Shown here piece after piece: positions 1 to 11,406 of a stretch of 64,000 nt of DNA. Within the stretch, counting starts at the first letter, position 1; every line of letters begins with the position of its first letter. Source of the DNA: a virus. The position numbers and the translations under genes were made by a program. The notes beneath the pieces are model-generated. The model did not search any database, was not told the origin of the DNA, and saw only the letters and a program-made list of their open reading frames with translations. The stretch is from the IMG/VR virus record IMGVR_UViG_3300044712_000688, positions 1-64,000 of that record; one strand, given 5' to 3'.

Positions 1-1900
1 TCTTGTTTGTTAGTGTCTGAGAACCAGAGTTAGTTGTGACGGTAGAGTCATCTATCTGTAATTTATTACCAGTAAACATAAGACCGATGTCAGCATTTAC
101 AGAAAGTGCTCCTGTAGAGTCGTTATAGACAATACCGTTACCTAAAGCATTGCCAATAGCATCTTGGGCACGCTCATTTGTGAAGTATAGGTTTGTAACA
201 CCCTCTTCGATATCGTCAGTATCTAGGGCACTGATAGCGCTGTCAGTGTAGGTATTGGCTGCTGATTCCGCGGCATCTGCCTTATTCTGAGCGCCCGATT
301 GGGTTTCAAGTAGCGATGTATCAGCAATACCGTGGACATTTGTAGTGTCAGATGCATGGTCGGATAGGTCAGTAGAGCTGGCCTTAGAGTTTAGCTGAGT
401 CTGGATCGAGCTGGTGACACCATCTACGTAGTTTAGCTCAGCGGTCGAAGCAGTGACGCCATCTAATAGGTTTAGTTCAGCAGTGCTGGCAGTAATCCCA
501 TCTAGAGTGTTTAGCTCTGATGCAGTTGCAGTTACACCAGTAAGAATGTTTAGTTCTGTGGTGCTAGCAGTAACTCCGTCTAGCTTATTCAGTTCTGCGG
601 TGCTAGCAGTGATTCCATCAAGAACATTTAATTCCGAGGCGCTTGCTGTGACACCATTTAGGATATTCAGCTCTTCTGTAGTAGCGATAACGCCATCTAG
701 AATGTTGAGTTCTGCAGTAGATGCTGTAATACCATCTAAAACGTTCAATTCTGATGAAGTTATTGTAGCTCCATTTAGGATGTTCAGTTCAGTGGAGTCT
801 GCTAGAAGTCCAGAAAGCTTGGATATCTCGGATGAATTTACTGATCCAATGCTAGTTGTAGATGGAAGTACAACACTTCCGGTGAAAGTAGGGCTATCTA
901 AGTACGCAAGGTTTGCAGTGTTAGAAATTCCGTGTACTGATGTGGTGTCCGAACTGTGAGTTGATATAGCAGAAGCTACGTCAGTTAGGTATGCCAAATC
1001 TTCAGTATTACTAATACCGTGAATATTTGTAGTGACATTGTGATCTGTAAGCGCGTTACTTACATAGGTCTGATAAGCAGTAGTAATGCTTGAAGTCAGG
1101 GAAGTGATTTCAGTAGAAGTGGTTCCTGCATATGCCAGTGAAGTCCAGGCTGTTACACCATTTCCAATCTTGAACTTACCAGTGTTGCTCTCTAGGGCAA
1201 ATACGTTTGCTGAGACAACTGGGTTTGTATTGGTCCAGTTGGTAGAGGTATTGATCTCTAGCGTAGCTTTTGTGCCGATAGAGGTGGTGATGGTTGAGGC
1301 AAAGTTTGGGTCATCACCTAGTGCTGCAGCTAACTCATTGAGAGTGTTTAGGGTAGTTGGTGAAGAATCAATTAGATTGGCAATAGCAGTATCCGTGTAA
1401 GAATTAGCCGCTGACTCTGCTGAATCTGCCTTGTTCTGGGCACCAGTTTGAGTCTCTAGCTCACTGGTATCTGCAATTCCGTGAACGTTTGTAGTTTCGG
1501 CATTGTGGTTGTAGACAGCAGTATCTGTGTAGTCCTTTACCTCGGTTTCGAGCGTGTCTACCTTTGACTGCGCCCCGGACTGAGTCTCTAGTAGAGAAGT
1601 GTCTGCAATTCCGTGGATGTTAGTGGTATCGGATGCGTGATTTGAAAGATCGGTAGAAGAAGCTTTGGCATTTAGCTGAGTTTGAATAGCAGAGGTGACA
1701 CCATCTAGGTAGCCAATCTCGGTATCAGAAACTCCAGTCACTGCACCGACATATGGAAGTGACGTCCATGCTGTCGAACCATTGCCTACTTTAACCTTGC
1801 CAGTATCGGTCTCAAATGCGAGCTCGCCTACGGAAAGAGTAGGGTTAGTAGAGGTCCAGTTAGCCGCTGTACCGCGACGTATTTGAATTTTAACTGCCAT
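1..1900 (-). CDS. Tail fibre/virion structural protein, truncated at the window edge; two Mtd_N-like domains and 13-aa tandem repeats
   Basis: ATG at 1900 overlapping upstream TAA; MAVKIQIRRGTAANWTSTNPTLSVGELAFETDTGKVKVGNG; second such domain near 1100-1260; about 10 ELNxLDGVTASTA repeats at about 430-860; DDIEEG-TNLYFT motif. Missing from the ORF track because it lacks a stop in the window. Confidence 0.85.
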   Translation of the reverse strand, partial: MAVKIQIRRGTAANWTSTNPTLSVGELAFETDTGKVKVGNGSTAWTSLPYVGAVTGVSDTEIGYLDGVTSAIQTQLNAKASSTDLSNHASDTTNIHGIADTSLLETQSGAQSKVDTLETEVKDYTDTAVYNHNAETTNVHGIADTSELETQTGAQNKADSAESAANSYTDTAIANLIDSSPTTLNTLNELAAALGDDPNFASTITTSIGTKATLEINTSTNWTNTNPVVSANVFALESNTGKFKIGNGVTAWTSLAYAGTTSTEITSLTSSITTAYQTYVSNALTDHNVTTNIHGISNTEDLAYLTDVASAISTHSSDTTSVHGISNTANLAYLDSPTFTGSVVLPSTTSIGSVNSSEISKLSGLLADSTELNILNGATITSSELNVLDGITASTAELNILDGVIATTEELNILNGVTASASELNVLDGITASTAELNKLDGVTASTTELNILTGVTATASELNTLDGITASTAELNLLDGVTASTAELNYVDGVTSSIQTQLNSKASSTDLSDHASDTTNVHGIADTSLLETQSGAQNKADAAESAANTYTDSAISALDTDDIEEGVTNLYFTNERAQDAIGNALGNGIVYNDSTGALSVNADIGLMFTGNKLQIDDSTVTTNSGSQTLTNK

Positions 1901-2301
1901 TAGAAGCTACTTTCGTTTCCACCGTCATATACCGACACAAATAGCGTGGTGTTGTGAAGTCCACCATCTATTGTACCAGTAAAATCAGTTGTATTGTATG
2001 ATCCGCCGTCCCCTGTGATTAGCCCAAAGTTGGCCAGCATGTCAATAAAATTGACGTTAACCCATTTGCTAGTGCTACCGTCATATATAAGTGTCTGCCC
2101 ATTGATTGGGTCAGTCAGTGTCGCGTCTGTTAGCTCGGATAGTGCCGACGCGCCACTCCCCTGGGATGCTACCCACGAGCTACCGTTGTGTACATAGATC
2201 GCTTGCTCGTCTAGTTTGTAAAAGAGATCGCCAGCAGAGCCTACCGACGGGAGGGTTGCTCCCGACGGTAGACCAACTGGTGTTAGAAACCTTCTAGACA
2301 A
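1900..2301 (-). CDS. Virion structural protein (tail-associated)
   Basis: 133 aa, coupled to neighbours, G/T/D-rich with DGG motifs. Confidence 0.7.
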   Translation of the reverse strand: MSRRFLTPVGLPSGATLPSVGSAGDLFYKLDEQAIYVHNGSSWVASQGSGASALSELTDATLTDPINGQTLIYDGSTSKWVNVNFIDMLANFGLITGDGGSYNTTDFTGTIDGGLHNTTLFVSVYDGGNESSF

Positions 2302-2326
2302 GTTCTATCCTCGGTAGATTGTAAAA

Positions 2327-3967
2327 CTAGCCTACAACAACAACGCGGTATGAATCAGCACTAACATCCCCAGAAACCCATGAAAGGGTAACTACTGAGG
2401 TGCTGGTGCGAACTACATCTACCTCGACTTGGTCGTAACTTACTGCATCAAAGACCTGTACAGTTACGTCACGAGTTCCTAGACCGTGAGTTACGGTCCA
2501 AGTTACGGAACCTGAAGTTGCGGTTAGAGCTGAGTTGTTGACGGCATACTTAGTAGTAGGTGCTGCAGCTGTAATTGCATCTGCAATCTCATTATCTACG
2601 TACTGCTTGGTGGCAGCGTGTAGGTCTAGAGTAGGGTCACCAGAAAGAACTAGCGCACCAGTCATGGTGTCGCCAGACTTAGCTACCTTCTCACCGATTG
2701 AGGTGGTGATGGTTGTAGCAAAGCTAGAGTCATCGTTAATCGCAGCAGCGAGCTCGTTAAGAGTGTCTAGTAGTGCTGGAGCACCGTCTACTAGATCTGA
2801 AACTGCAGTAGCAATTCGATCAGTAATGGTGTTGCCAGTTGAACCATCTACAGTGCCATCACCGATGTATTGGTCAAGACGCCCCTGAGTTAGTATCTCA
2901 TTTGACCCGGTAGCTGATGACTTGTAGATACTGCCGTCAGCATCAAGGATGATATCGCCGTTAGCGGTCTCTAGGGTTAAATCATTGCGTGCACTGACAA
3001 ATAGGTTGCTACCGACAGCGTTAATGGTGCTAGCAATACCAGTACCATCGAAGAAAGTTAGAGAATCAGAGATGGTCTTGTTGCTAAGAGTCTGAATATC
3101 TGAGGTGCCAACAATGTTACCAGTAACACCGTGCGTAGTGGTGTCTGACTCGTGGTCGCCGAGAGCATCGTTGACCGTTGCAATACGATCAGTAATGGTG
3201 TTACCGTCAGTACCGTCAACAGTAACGTCACCAATGCGGTCGTTGATGTAGGTCTTTGATGCAACTGGGCTGTCTGAGCCGGTCTTAACCATAAGCTGGT
3301 TAGCCGAGCCGCCAGTCCAGATACTGGTGTCATCGGTTATGACTTTTAGGTTTCCAGAACCGTCAACGCCAATTGCGCCAGCGAATGCGCTAAACTTAGC
3401 ACTAATGGCACCAGATGCGTCATCGTACTTAATACCGTCACCAACTGCGTTACCAACAGCATCCTGAGCACGTTCGGCAGTGAAGTAGAGGTTAGTGCTG
3501 CCCTCTTCGATGTCATCGGTATCTAGCCCGTTGATAGCTGTGTCGGTGTAGCTGTTCGCATTCGTCTCGGCTGTTGAAGCCGCGCCAGCCGCATCGTAGT
3601 TAGTAGCAAGGCTGTCAGCGTAGGACTCTGCGTTCGCCTGAGCAGTCGATGCAGCACCTGCAGCGTCATATGCCGATGCAGTTGCATCTAGAGCACGTTG
3701 GTTGGTGAAGTAGAGATTACTTGAACCCTCTTCAATGTCATCGGTAGTTAAGGCATCAATTGCATTGTTAATTGCTTCGGTAACGTTCCCGCCAGCAGCT
3801 AGCGCAAGCCAGTCTGTACCATTCCAAACGGTTAGCTGGTTAGTGTCAGTGTCGTAGTAGATCTGACCAGATACCGGGCTTGATGGCGGGGTGGATAGGT
3901 TTTGGATTCTTGCGTTGAGAAGCTCATTCTTATTAAGATTGAGCCCCGTGAGGAACTGCTTAGCCAT
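2327..3967 (-). CDS. Tail fibre-like protein
   Basis: 546 aa; repeated TDDIEEGSxNLYFT, LDTLNELAAAINDD and HAATKQYVD motifs typical of phage fibres. Confidence 0.8.
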   Translation of the reverse strand: MAKQFLTGLNLNKNELLNARIQNLSTPPSSPVSGQIYYDTDTNQLTVWNGTDWLALAAGGNVTEAINNAIDALTTDDIEEGSSNLYFTNQRALDATASAYDAAGAASTAQANAESYADSLATNYDAAGAASTAETNANSYTDTAINGLDTDDIEEGSTNLYFTAERAQDAVGNAVGDGIKYDDASGAISAKFSAFAGAIGVDGSGNLKVITDDTSIWTGGSANQLMVKTGSDSPVASKTYINDRIGDVTVDGTDGNTITDRIATVNDALGDHESDTTTHGVTGNIVGTSDIQTLSNKTISDSLTFFDGTGIASTINAVGSNLFVSARNDLTLETANGDIILDADGSIYKSSATGSNEILTQGRLDQYIGDGTVDGSTGNTITDRIATAVSDLVDGAPALLDTLNELAAAINDDSSFATTITTSIGEKVAKSGDTMTGALVLSGDPTLDLHAATKQYVDNEIADAITAAAPTTKYAVNNSALTATSGSVTWTVTHGLGTRDVTVQVFDAVSYDQVEVDVVRTSTSVVTLSWVSGDVSADSYRVVVVG

Positions 3968-3979
3968 TTTTCTTCTTTC

Positions 3980-4297
3980 TTATGAGAGATGAGCCGTCCC
4001 AGCAAGTGCGCTGGAGAAGGTTATTGTTAGGGTTGTTTCGTTAGTATGTGATACGTTTCCCTCTACCTGATCGCCAGCACTATTGAATATTGTGACGTTC
4101 GGGTAGAAGTTGAGATTGTGATTTATAGTCCATGTACTGAGGGGTGCGTTTTGAAGGTGACGATATGACACTAAATCAATTATGTTGTCAGCTTGGACTC
4201 CATCAGCGCCAGCTGGCCCCTGGGGCCCTGGGGCGGTGACGACTATCTGCCTAACATAGCGCCCAGTAGTAATGCTGCTTGGGACATCTCCAGCCAT
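3980..4297 (-). CDS. Virion structural protein with short collagen-like GPQGPAG
   Basis: 105 aa; WTINHNLNFYPNVTI motif. Confidence 0.65.
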   Translation of the reverse strand: MAGDVPSSITTGRYVRQIVVTAPGPQGPAGADGVQADNIIDLVSYRHLQNAPLSTWTINHNLNFYPNVTIFNSAGDQVEGNVSHTNETTLTITFSSALAGTAHLS

Positions 4298-4659
4298 TAC
4301 CTAGTCACCTCCGACCTAACTACAAAATTGCCTTGTATTAATTTGTATATGTATAAGGCCTCGGATGGAGCTATTAGCTCTAAGTCATATACATATTTAT
4401 CTTCTGGAATCGTAGCCATGACTTCGTCTGATATCAGAAGGGTTATTTGACCGTTAGTCGGATGTAGCGATATCCCACCATTTTCGGTGGTAAGCTCTAG
4501 AACTACAGTTGGACTATCAGTCGTTTTTCTGACTTGCATCCTAGCTTTATACCCTCGCATGAGAATTGGCTTCTTAGCTGGGTCTCGCCAGACGATGGTA
4601 CGAGAAAACGTAGAGCCTTGATTGGCTACTATGTTATAAAGTCCAGCGGGGGTGCTCAT
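4297..4659 (-). CDS. Tail-associated/baseplate adaptor-like protein
   Basis: 120 aa; QGSTF...ARMQVR...YVYDLEL pattern; tail operon context. Confidence 0.65.
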   Translation of the reverse strand: MSTPAGLYNIVANQGSTFSRTIVWRDPAKKPILMRGYKARMQVRKTTDSPTVVLELTTENGGISLHPTNGQITLLISDEVMATIPEDKYVYDLELIAPSEALYIYKLIQGNFVVRSEVTR

Positions 4660-4813
4660 GGCAGGCTTTCGGCTAAATACAAGACACTATTATTGTACCT
4701 CATTTAGTTTGTGGTAAGATGTTGACTTTTTTCATAGATTTAGTATTTTTTATCCAAAAAATTACTACATCTTGTGGTTTTGTGGGTTTTTAAAATCAAA
4801 CTATAATTATGAA

Positions 4814-5740
4814 ATGAAGCAGAATCGATTTGAAGATCTTGGGGGGGAGACTTGGCGCATACTTAGACTTGCCGATCCCGCTGATCATCGCTGGTCTGCC
4901 TTCAATCCTTCTATTGCTTATTCCCCGGAGGAGGGCTACAAGGTTCTTTTTCGGTCCAGTAACTATTTTTTAGATCCCGCAACCACTGACGCCAAAATGA
5001 CTGATGGTGCTACTGTAAAAAGTAATATGTGGCTAGGTACCTTAGACGCTAATTGGCAGATATCTTCTCTAGAGAAGCTTGATTTTTCAGAGGCTGGACT
5101 TGTATTTACTCGAGGTGCCGAAGATGGACGCCTGTACTGGGTAGATGGTGCTTGGGAAATCACTGCTGGACTCAAGGAGCCATCTGTTCCTCTACCAAGA
5201 ATTGCTAGGTTCCGTCTCGAGGGGCTAAAAGCAAAGCTTGTGAAGATATATGAAGATGGCCCTCTTTATGACGTAGAGAAGAACTGGATGGCCCCTACGG
5301 TCAAATCAGACAAGTTTGACTACATCTATAACCCTATTGCCGTCTATAAAGATGGCGTTGGTCCGATTAAAGTTAGAGAAGCTTTCGAGTCAGTTAGGCA
5401 TGTAAGGGGCGGTAGTCAGCTTTGGCCTATAAAAGACGGGTACTTGGCAATAATTCATGAAGCCATAATCAAACTTGTATATATGTACATACCTCGCTAC
5501 TTCGGGTATAAAAACGTGAGGGTCCGTCACTATGTGCATAGATTTGCTAAGTATGACTTGAATGGTAAGTTGTGTGCTTTATCTGACACATTTAAATTGT
5601 CTGATGCTCGCATAGAATTTGCAGCTGGTCTGGTTATTGACAATGACGATGTGATTGTTTCCTATGGATATAAAGATGTAGCATCGTACTTAGGCAAAAT
5701 TAAATTGAGTAAAGTTCTAGAAATGTTAAAGGAGGTTTGA
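4814..5740 (+). CDS. Five-bladed beta-propeller glycosidase-like protein
   Basis: FNPSI, EDGRL, EKNW, RGGSQL and IEFAAGL motifs; likely ATG at 4814. Confidence 0.55.
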   Translation: MKQNRFEDLGGETWRILRLADPADHRWSAFNPSIAYSPEEGYKVLFRSSNYFLDPATTDAKMTDGATVKSNMWLGTLDANWQISSLEKLDFSEAGLVFTRGAEDGRLYWVDGAWEITAGLKEPSVPLPRIARFRLEGLKAKLVKIYEDGPLYDVEKNWMAPTVKSDKFDYIYNPIAVYKDGVGPIKVREAFESVRHVRGGSQLWPIKDGYLAIIHEAIIKLVYMYIPRYFGYKNVRVRHYVHRFAKYDLNGKLCALSDTFKLSDARIEFAAGLVIDNDDVIVSYGYKDVASYLGKIKLSKVLEMLKEV

Positions 5741-5976
5741 TTGTGAGTACTGAAACATTAGAATCCACTGAAGTAACCATAGAGCTTGATGAAGACGGAA
5801 ATGAAAAGCTCGCGCACTACGCCGAATCTGTTTCTGTTACCGAGGGTTATGTACTAGGAACTCCAATTCAAGCCATCTGCGGAAAAATTTTTGTACCTTC
5901 TCGTGATCCAGAAAAGCTTCGAAAGTGTCCGATTTGCGTAGAAATTATGGACGCACTATTCTATTCAGCGGACTAA
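5737..5976 (+). CDS. DUF3039 family protein
   Basis: HY...GTPIQAICGKIFVPSRDP...CPIC, an actinobacterial family. Confidence 0.85.
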   Translation: MIVSTETLESTEVTIELDEDGNEKLAHYAESVSVTEGYVLGTPIQAICGKIFVPSRDPEKLRKCPICVEIMDALFYSAD

Positions 5977-6098
5977 AATCAGTCCAAAGAAATTGTCTTA
6001 TACTGGTATTCCAGCTCCTGACGAAACCCCGGCTCTCGGGTCTAACTCAAGTTTAGACGTCAGGATTTGGCTTATCTATTACCCTTGGAAGGTCCAAA

Positions 6099-6320
6099 AT
6101 GGTCACTGTCTACACTCTCCCTTCATGCGTTCAGTGTGAGAGCACAAAGAAGTTTTTAGCAAAAAACGATGTGCCGTTTGAGACTGTAGACCTTAGCCAG
6201 GATGAGTCGGCTATGGCTCGTGTTCGTGCGCTTGGATATCAAGCAGCTCCAGTTGTTATTGCTGGTGAAGATCACTGGAGCGGGTTCCGACCTGATAAGC
6301 TAAACGCCCTTACCGTATAG
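6099..6320 (+). CDS. nrdH: Glutaredoxin-like NrdH
   Basis: CVQC motif, QAAPVV, WSGFRPD. Confidence 0.95.
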   Translation: MVTVYTLPSCVQCESTKKFLAKNDVPFETVDLSQDESAMARVRALGYQAAPVVIAGEDHWSGFRPDKLNALTV

Positions 6321-6324
6321 AAGG

Positions 6325-6753
6325 GTGGCCGGTGTGTTTGACATCGTTTATTTTTCAAACGTGTCTGAAAACACCAAGCGATTTGTAGAAAAACTAGGTT
6401 TTTCAAATATAAGAATCCCAATCAAGTGGGATGACAAATCCCCCTTGGTCGTTGAGAGAGACTTCATCTTGGTTGTTCCGTCATATGGCGGTGGGGCTGA
6501 GGGTAGGACTGTGCCTAAGTCAGTCGTAAATTTTTTAAACATTGAGCAAAATAGAAACTTGCTCCGCGGTATCGTTGGTACGGGCAACACTAATTTTGGT
6601 GTCCACTACTGCAAAGCTGCGGAAATCGTTGCGGTAAAAACTGGTGCGCCATTACTGTATCGAGTAGAAATAACTGGCACACCGGACGATGTTATTCAAG
6701 TACAAGAGAGGCTGAGCCAGCTGTGGACAATAAATATAGCTACCACGAACTAA
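6325..6753 (+). CDS. nrdI: Class Ib RNR flavodoxin NrdI
   Basis: [21 protein letters not shown]. Confidence 0.95.
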   Translation: MAGVFDIVYFSNVSENTKRFVEKLGFSNIRIPIKWDDKSPLVVERDFILVVPSYGGGAEGRTVPKSVVNFLNIEQNRNLLRGIVGTGNTNFGVHYCKAAEIVAVKTGAPLLYRVEITGTPDDVIQVQERLSQLWTINIATTN

Positions 6754-8840
6754 ATGCAATGATCAATCTGTGGGATGCTGATGGTAAATTACAGCTCCAC
6801 AAGGACAAAGAAGCTGCTCGCGCTTACTTCCTAGACCATGTAAATCAGAACACCGTCTTCTTCCACAGCTTGGAAGAGAAGCTGGGCTATTTGGTAGATA
6901 ACGACTACTACGAAAAAGAAGTTTTAGAGCAGTACGACCCAGAGTTCATCAAAGAGACTTTCAAGTACGCTTACTCGTTTAAGTACCGCTTTGAGGCCTT
7001 CATGGGTGCCTACAAGTTTTTCAGCTCATATGCCCTCAAGACTTTTGATGGTGAGCGCTACCTAGAGCGCTTTGAGGACCGCGTTGTGATGAACGCGCTT
7101 ACACTTGCTCGTGGAGACCGTGAGATGGCCATGAAGCTCGTAGAGGAGATCATTACTGGCCGTTTCCAGCCTGCTACCCCGACATTCTTGAACGCTGGTA
7201 AGAAGCAGCGCGGTGAGTTTGTCTCCTGCTTCCTACTTCGTATCGAAGACAACATGGAGTCAATCTCTCGCGGTATCAACTCGGCTCTTCAGCTCTCAAA
7301 GCGTGGTGGCGGTGTAGCCCTAAACCTCAGCAACTTGCGCGAGGCTGGTGCCCCTATCAAGAAGATCGAGGGCCAGTCATCGGGTGTTATTCCTGTGATG
7401 AAGCTTCTTGAAGACTCATTCTCGTACGCAAATCAGTTGGGCGCTCGCCAGGGTGCTGGTGCGGTCTACCTGAACGCTCACCACCCAGACATCATGAAGT
7501 TCCTAGACACCAAGCGTGAGAACGCCGATGAGAAGATTCGTATCAAGACTCTGTCTATCGGTGTGGTTATTCCAGATGTGACCCTTGAGCTTGCAAAGAA
7601 TGGCGATGACATGTATCTGTTTTCGCCATACGATGTTGAGCGCGTTTACGGCGTTCCATTCGGAGACATCTCGGTAACCGAGAAGTACCAGGAGATGGTT
7701 GACGATGCTCGCATCAAGAAGACCAAGATCAAGGCACGTGTTCTATTTGAGCGCATCGCTGAGCTTCAGTTCGAGTCGGGCTACCCATACATCATGTACG
7801 AGGACACCGTAAACAACGCCAACCCAATCGCTGGCCGCATCAACATGTCTAACCTCTGCTCTGAGATCCTTCAGGTAAACACACCTTCTACCTATAAGGC
7901 TGATCTTGGCTACAACATTATTGGTAGTGACATCAGCTGTAACCTAGGCTCGCTAAACATTGCCAAGGTTATGGATGGCGGTAAGTTTGCTCAGACCATC
8001 GAAACTTCTGTGCGAGCCCTTACTGCTGTATCGGACCTAAGCTACATTGACTCGGTACCTTCTATTGCTGAAGGTAACAAGCGTGCTCACGCTATTGGTC
8101 TTGGCCAGATGAATCTGCACGGTTACTTAGGACGCGAGAAGATCCACTATGGTTCAGAAGAAGGTTTGGATTTTACAAACATCTACTTCTACACCGTGCT
8201 GTTCCACGCTCTAAAGGCTTCTAACACGATTGCCAAGGAACGTAACGAAGTGTTCCACGGATTCTATGAGTCGAAGTATGCAACTGGTGAGTTCTTTGAT
8301 AAGTATCTAACTCAGGAGTGGAAGCCTACTACTGATAAGGTTGCAAAGATTTTTGCAGACGCTGGTATTGAGATCCCTACTCAGGATGACTGGAAGAAGC
8401 TTAAGAAGTCTGTACAGACTTACGGTATCTATAACCAGAACCTGCAGGCTGTTCCACCAACTGGTTCGATCTCGTACATCAACAACTCAACCTCGTCAAT
8501 TCACCCAATTGCATCGAAGATTGAAACTCGTAAGGAAGGAAAGCTTGGTCGCGTTTACTACCCAGCTCCGTTCCTTGCTGACGATAATCTTGAGTACTTT
8601 GAAGATGCTTACGAGATCGGCCCAGAAAAGATTATTGATACCTACGCTGCTGCAACCCAGCACGTAGACCAGGGACTATCGCTCACCTTGTTCTTCAAAG
8701 ACACCGCAACCACTCGCGATGTTAACCGTGCGCAGATTTATGCATGGAAGAAGGGCATCAAGACTATTTACTACATCCGTATTCGTCAGCTTGCACTAGA
8801 CGGAACTGATGTGGAACAATGTGTTAGCTGCATGCTATAA
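6723..8840 (+). CDS. nrdE: Ribonucleotide reductase class Ib alpha subunit
   Basis: 705 aa; [15 protein letters not shown]-terminal CxxC. Confidence 0.97.
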   Translation: MDNKYSYHELNAMINLWDADGKLQLHKDKEAARAYFLDHVNQNTVFFHSLEEKLGYLVDNDYYEKEVLEQYDPEFIKETFKYAYSFKYRFEAFMGAYKFFSSYALKTFDGERYLERFEDRVVMNALTLARGDREMAMKLVEEIITGRFQPATPTFLNAGKKQRGEFVSCFLLRIEDNMESISRGINSALQLSKRGGGVALNLSNLREAGAPIKKIEGQSSGVIPVMKLLEDSFSYANQLGARQGAGAVYLNAHHPDIMKFLDTKRENADEKIRIKTLSIGVVIPDVTLELAKNGDDMYLFSPYDVERVYGVPFGDISVTEKYQEMVDDARIKKTKIKARVLFERIAELQFESGYPYIMYEDTVNNANPIAGRINMSNLCSEILQVNTPSTYKADLGYNIIGSDISCNLGSLNIAKVMDGGKFAQTIETSVRALTAVSDLSYIDSVPSIAEGNKRAHAIGLGQMNLHGYLGREKIHYGSEEGLDFTNIYFYTVLFHALKASNTIAKERNEVFHGFYESKYATGEFFDKYLTQEWKPTTDKVAKIFADAGIEIPTQDDWKKLKKSVQTYGIYNQNLQAVPPTGSISYINNSTSSIHPIASKIETRKEGKLGRVYYPAPFLADDNLEYFEDAYEIGPEKIIDTYAAATQHVDQGLSLTLFFKDTATTRDVNRAQIYAWKKGIKTIYYIRIRQLALDGTDVEQCVSCML

Positions 8841-9803
<963 letters not shown>

Positions 9804-9812
9804 GGAGGAATC

Positions 9813-9863
9813 ATGGACGGCTGCAAGTGTGGCGGATCTTGCCCTTGCGGTAAAGAAGACTAA
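9813..9863 (+). CDS. 16-aa Cys-rich micropeptide (MDGCKCGGSCPCGKED)
   Basis: Strong AAGGAGG RBS overlapping the nrdF stop; followed by a terminator. Confidence 0.55.
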   Translation: MDGCKCGGSCPCGKED

Positions 9864-9895
9864 AGAAGACCACCCTTCGGGGTGGTTTTTCTTTT
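9864..9895 (+). terminator. Intrinsic terminator of the nrd operon
   Basis: ACCACCC-TTCG-GGGTGGT followed by a T tract. Confidence 0.85.
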
Positions 9896-9908
9896 GTAAG
9901 ATAGAACC

Positions 9909-10094
9909 ATGCCAACCTACGAATATAAGTGTTCTGAAAATAGTGAGCACAAGTACAAAGAAATTCGCGGAATGAACGAAGAAGCTACTCGCTCGACTTG
10001 CGCTGAGGAGGGGTGTTCGGGTAGACTCATACGCGTATTTGGAACACCTCCGATCACTTTTAAAGGGACCGGATTCAGCGCAAAACGAGGGTAA
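9909..10094 (+). CDS. FmdB-family zinc ribbon protein
   Basis: MPTYEYKC...C..C...FKGTGF. Confidence 0.85.
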   Translation: MPTYEYKCSENSEHKYKEIRGMNEEATRSTCAEEGCSGRLIRVFGTPPITFKGTGFSAKRG

Positions 10095-10100
10095 CTACAT

Positions 10101-10424
10101 ATGTTCTTAGACTCCATTCTTCCGGCAGACTATCCTGATTTTGAAGAGTTTGGGACCGCCCCCTGTGCTGAAAGTGATCCTGACGCATTCTTCCCAGAGG
10201 ATAGGCCAGAAGGCAACTTCATGCCTAATAGGCTGGCTTATCCTATGGAGCGCGAGGCTAAAATGACTTGCCGTGAGTGCCCATATAAGTTGCGGTGTCT
10301 AGAGTATGCCTTAAAGAATGAGGATCTCCAGGGTATCTGGGGTGGGTTCACTGAGAGTGAGCGACGCAAGCTCCGCCGTGGAATCCCTGTCCGTATGAGG
10401 ATTCCCGAGGCTAAGCACATCTAA
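10101..10424 (+). CDS. whiB: WhiB-family Fe-S transcription factor
   Basis: C-x...CRECP...C and GIWGG motifs. Confidence 0.92.
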   Translation: MFLDSILPADYPDFEEFGTAPCAESDPDAFFPEDRPEGNFMPNRLAYPMEREAKMTCRECPYKLRCLEYALKNEDLQGIWGGFTESERRKLRRGIPVRMRIPEAKHI

Positions 10425-10488
10425 CTAAATGTGGTAAAATATAACTGCCGGGAGAGGGTGTCTAATCAACCTACTCTTGGGAGAAAAT

Positions 10489-10749
10489 ATGGAAATCGCA
10501 AAAAAGATCTTCAAGCGCACTATTGCTCTTGTGATCCTAAAGGTTAGCGGTGTTTTGGCCGCTGGATCTATCGCTGGAGTTGAGCTCTGGCAGTCTGCTC
10601 TTGTAGCTGCATTCGTTGGTGTAATGGAAGTGGCTGAGTCTCTAGCCCGTGCCTACGTTGTTGACGGAAGTCTTTCTGATGAAGAAATTGATGTTGCATT
10701 CGCAAGCTCGGCCGAGGCTGAGGTAGCACGTAATAAAAAGGTGGAGTAA
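10489..10749 (+). CDS. Small membrane protein (paralog of 33604-33909)
   Basis: Two hydrophobic segments; AGSI-G--W--A...DG--S--E pattern shared with the paralog. Confidence 0.65.
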   Translation: MEIAKKIFKRTIALVILKVSGVLAAGSIAGVELWQSALVAAFVGVMEVAESLARAYVVDGSLSDEEIDVAFASSAEAEVARNKKVE

Positions 10750-10827
10750 TCTATCTTTAAAATAGATGCCTCCGCTTGCGGGGGCATTTATTTTTATGTA
10801 TCATGTGATTACCAAAGAAAGGAAATC

Positions 10828-10962
10828 ATGGCAAAAGGTAAGGGTAAGGGCAGTGCTCCAGCTCCACAGAAGTCAACCACTGACCGCAAGAACGGCAAGG
10901 CTTCAAAGAAGCGTCCAAAGATTTTCGATGCTGTAAAGCGTCGATTGGTTACTGACAAGTAA
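10828..10962 (+). CDS. 44-aa Lys/Arg-rich basic protein
   Basis: AGAAAGGA RBS; MAKGKGKGSAPAPQKSTTDRKNGKASKKRPKIF... Confidence 0.6.
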   Translation: MAKGKGKGSAPAPQKSTTDRKNGKASKKRPKIFDAVKRRLVTDK

Positions 10963-10969
10963 TCAACCA

Positions 10970-11041
10970 TCCTCTCTAGCTCAATGGCAGAGCAACGAGC
11001 TGTTAACTCGTCGGTTCGTGGTTCGAATCCACGGAGGGGAG
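10970..11041 (+). tRNA. tRNA-Asn(GTT)
   Basis: Cloverleaf; acceptor TCCTCTC/GAGGGGA; anticodon loop CTGTTAA; GGTTCGAATCC T arm. Confidence 0.93.
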
Positions 11042-11067
11042 CTATAATTGAATATAACTAAATACAA

Positions 11068-11404
11068 GGGCCTGACTGGTTTCGACAGTGGGACTGAAGT
11101 CGGTGAAGCAAGCCGAGATAGCGGAGTCTCGTAAAAACCGCTAACAAAAATAAATGCTGAATCACGTTCTGCATTCGCTCTAGCTGCTTAGTAGTAGTTA
11201 GAACCCCTAGCAAAGCACTAGTCCTAAGTGGGCAGCTAGGCTTTAAATAAATAGGACAACCAGCACCAAGGCGGTTACGGGCCTTTAAATCGTAGTGGCT
11301 AGACGGTCTGGCAGGTCAAACGTCTAGTGATATGAAAACTGCCTAAGCTTGTAGAAGAACGATGGAACTTTCATTGGACGCGGGTTCAATTCCCGCCAGG
11401 TCCA
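11068..11404 (+). ncRNA. ssrA: tmRNA; tag peptide (A)ESRSAFALAA at 11156-11191
   Basis: GGGCCTG...GGTTTCGAC 5' end; GGGTTCAATTCCC-GCCAGGTCCA 3' end with G3:U70; tag ending ALAA-stop. Confidence 0.93.
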
Positions 11405-11406
11405 CT

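Noticed and set aside
1-1900. Diversity-generating retroelement suggested by Mtd_N domains
   Set aside because: No reverse transcriptase or TR/VR pair in the window; Mtd_N alone is a common fibre module.
453-2888. Plus-strand ORFs 453-959, 1086-1400, 1994-2197 and 2535-2888
   Set aside because: Antisense shadows of repetitive minus-strand tail genes; no RBS and no recognisable product.
6017-6066. Hammerhead ribozyme (CTGACGA core)
   Set aside because: No correctly placed GAAA and stem geometry.
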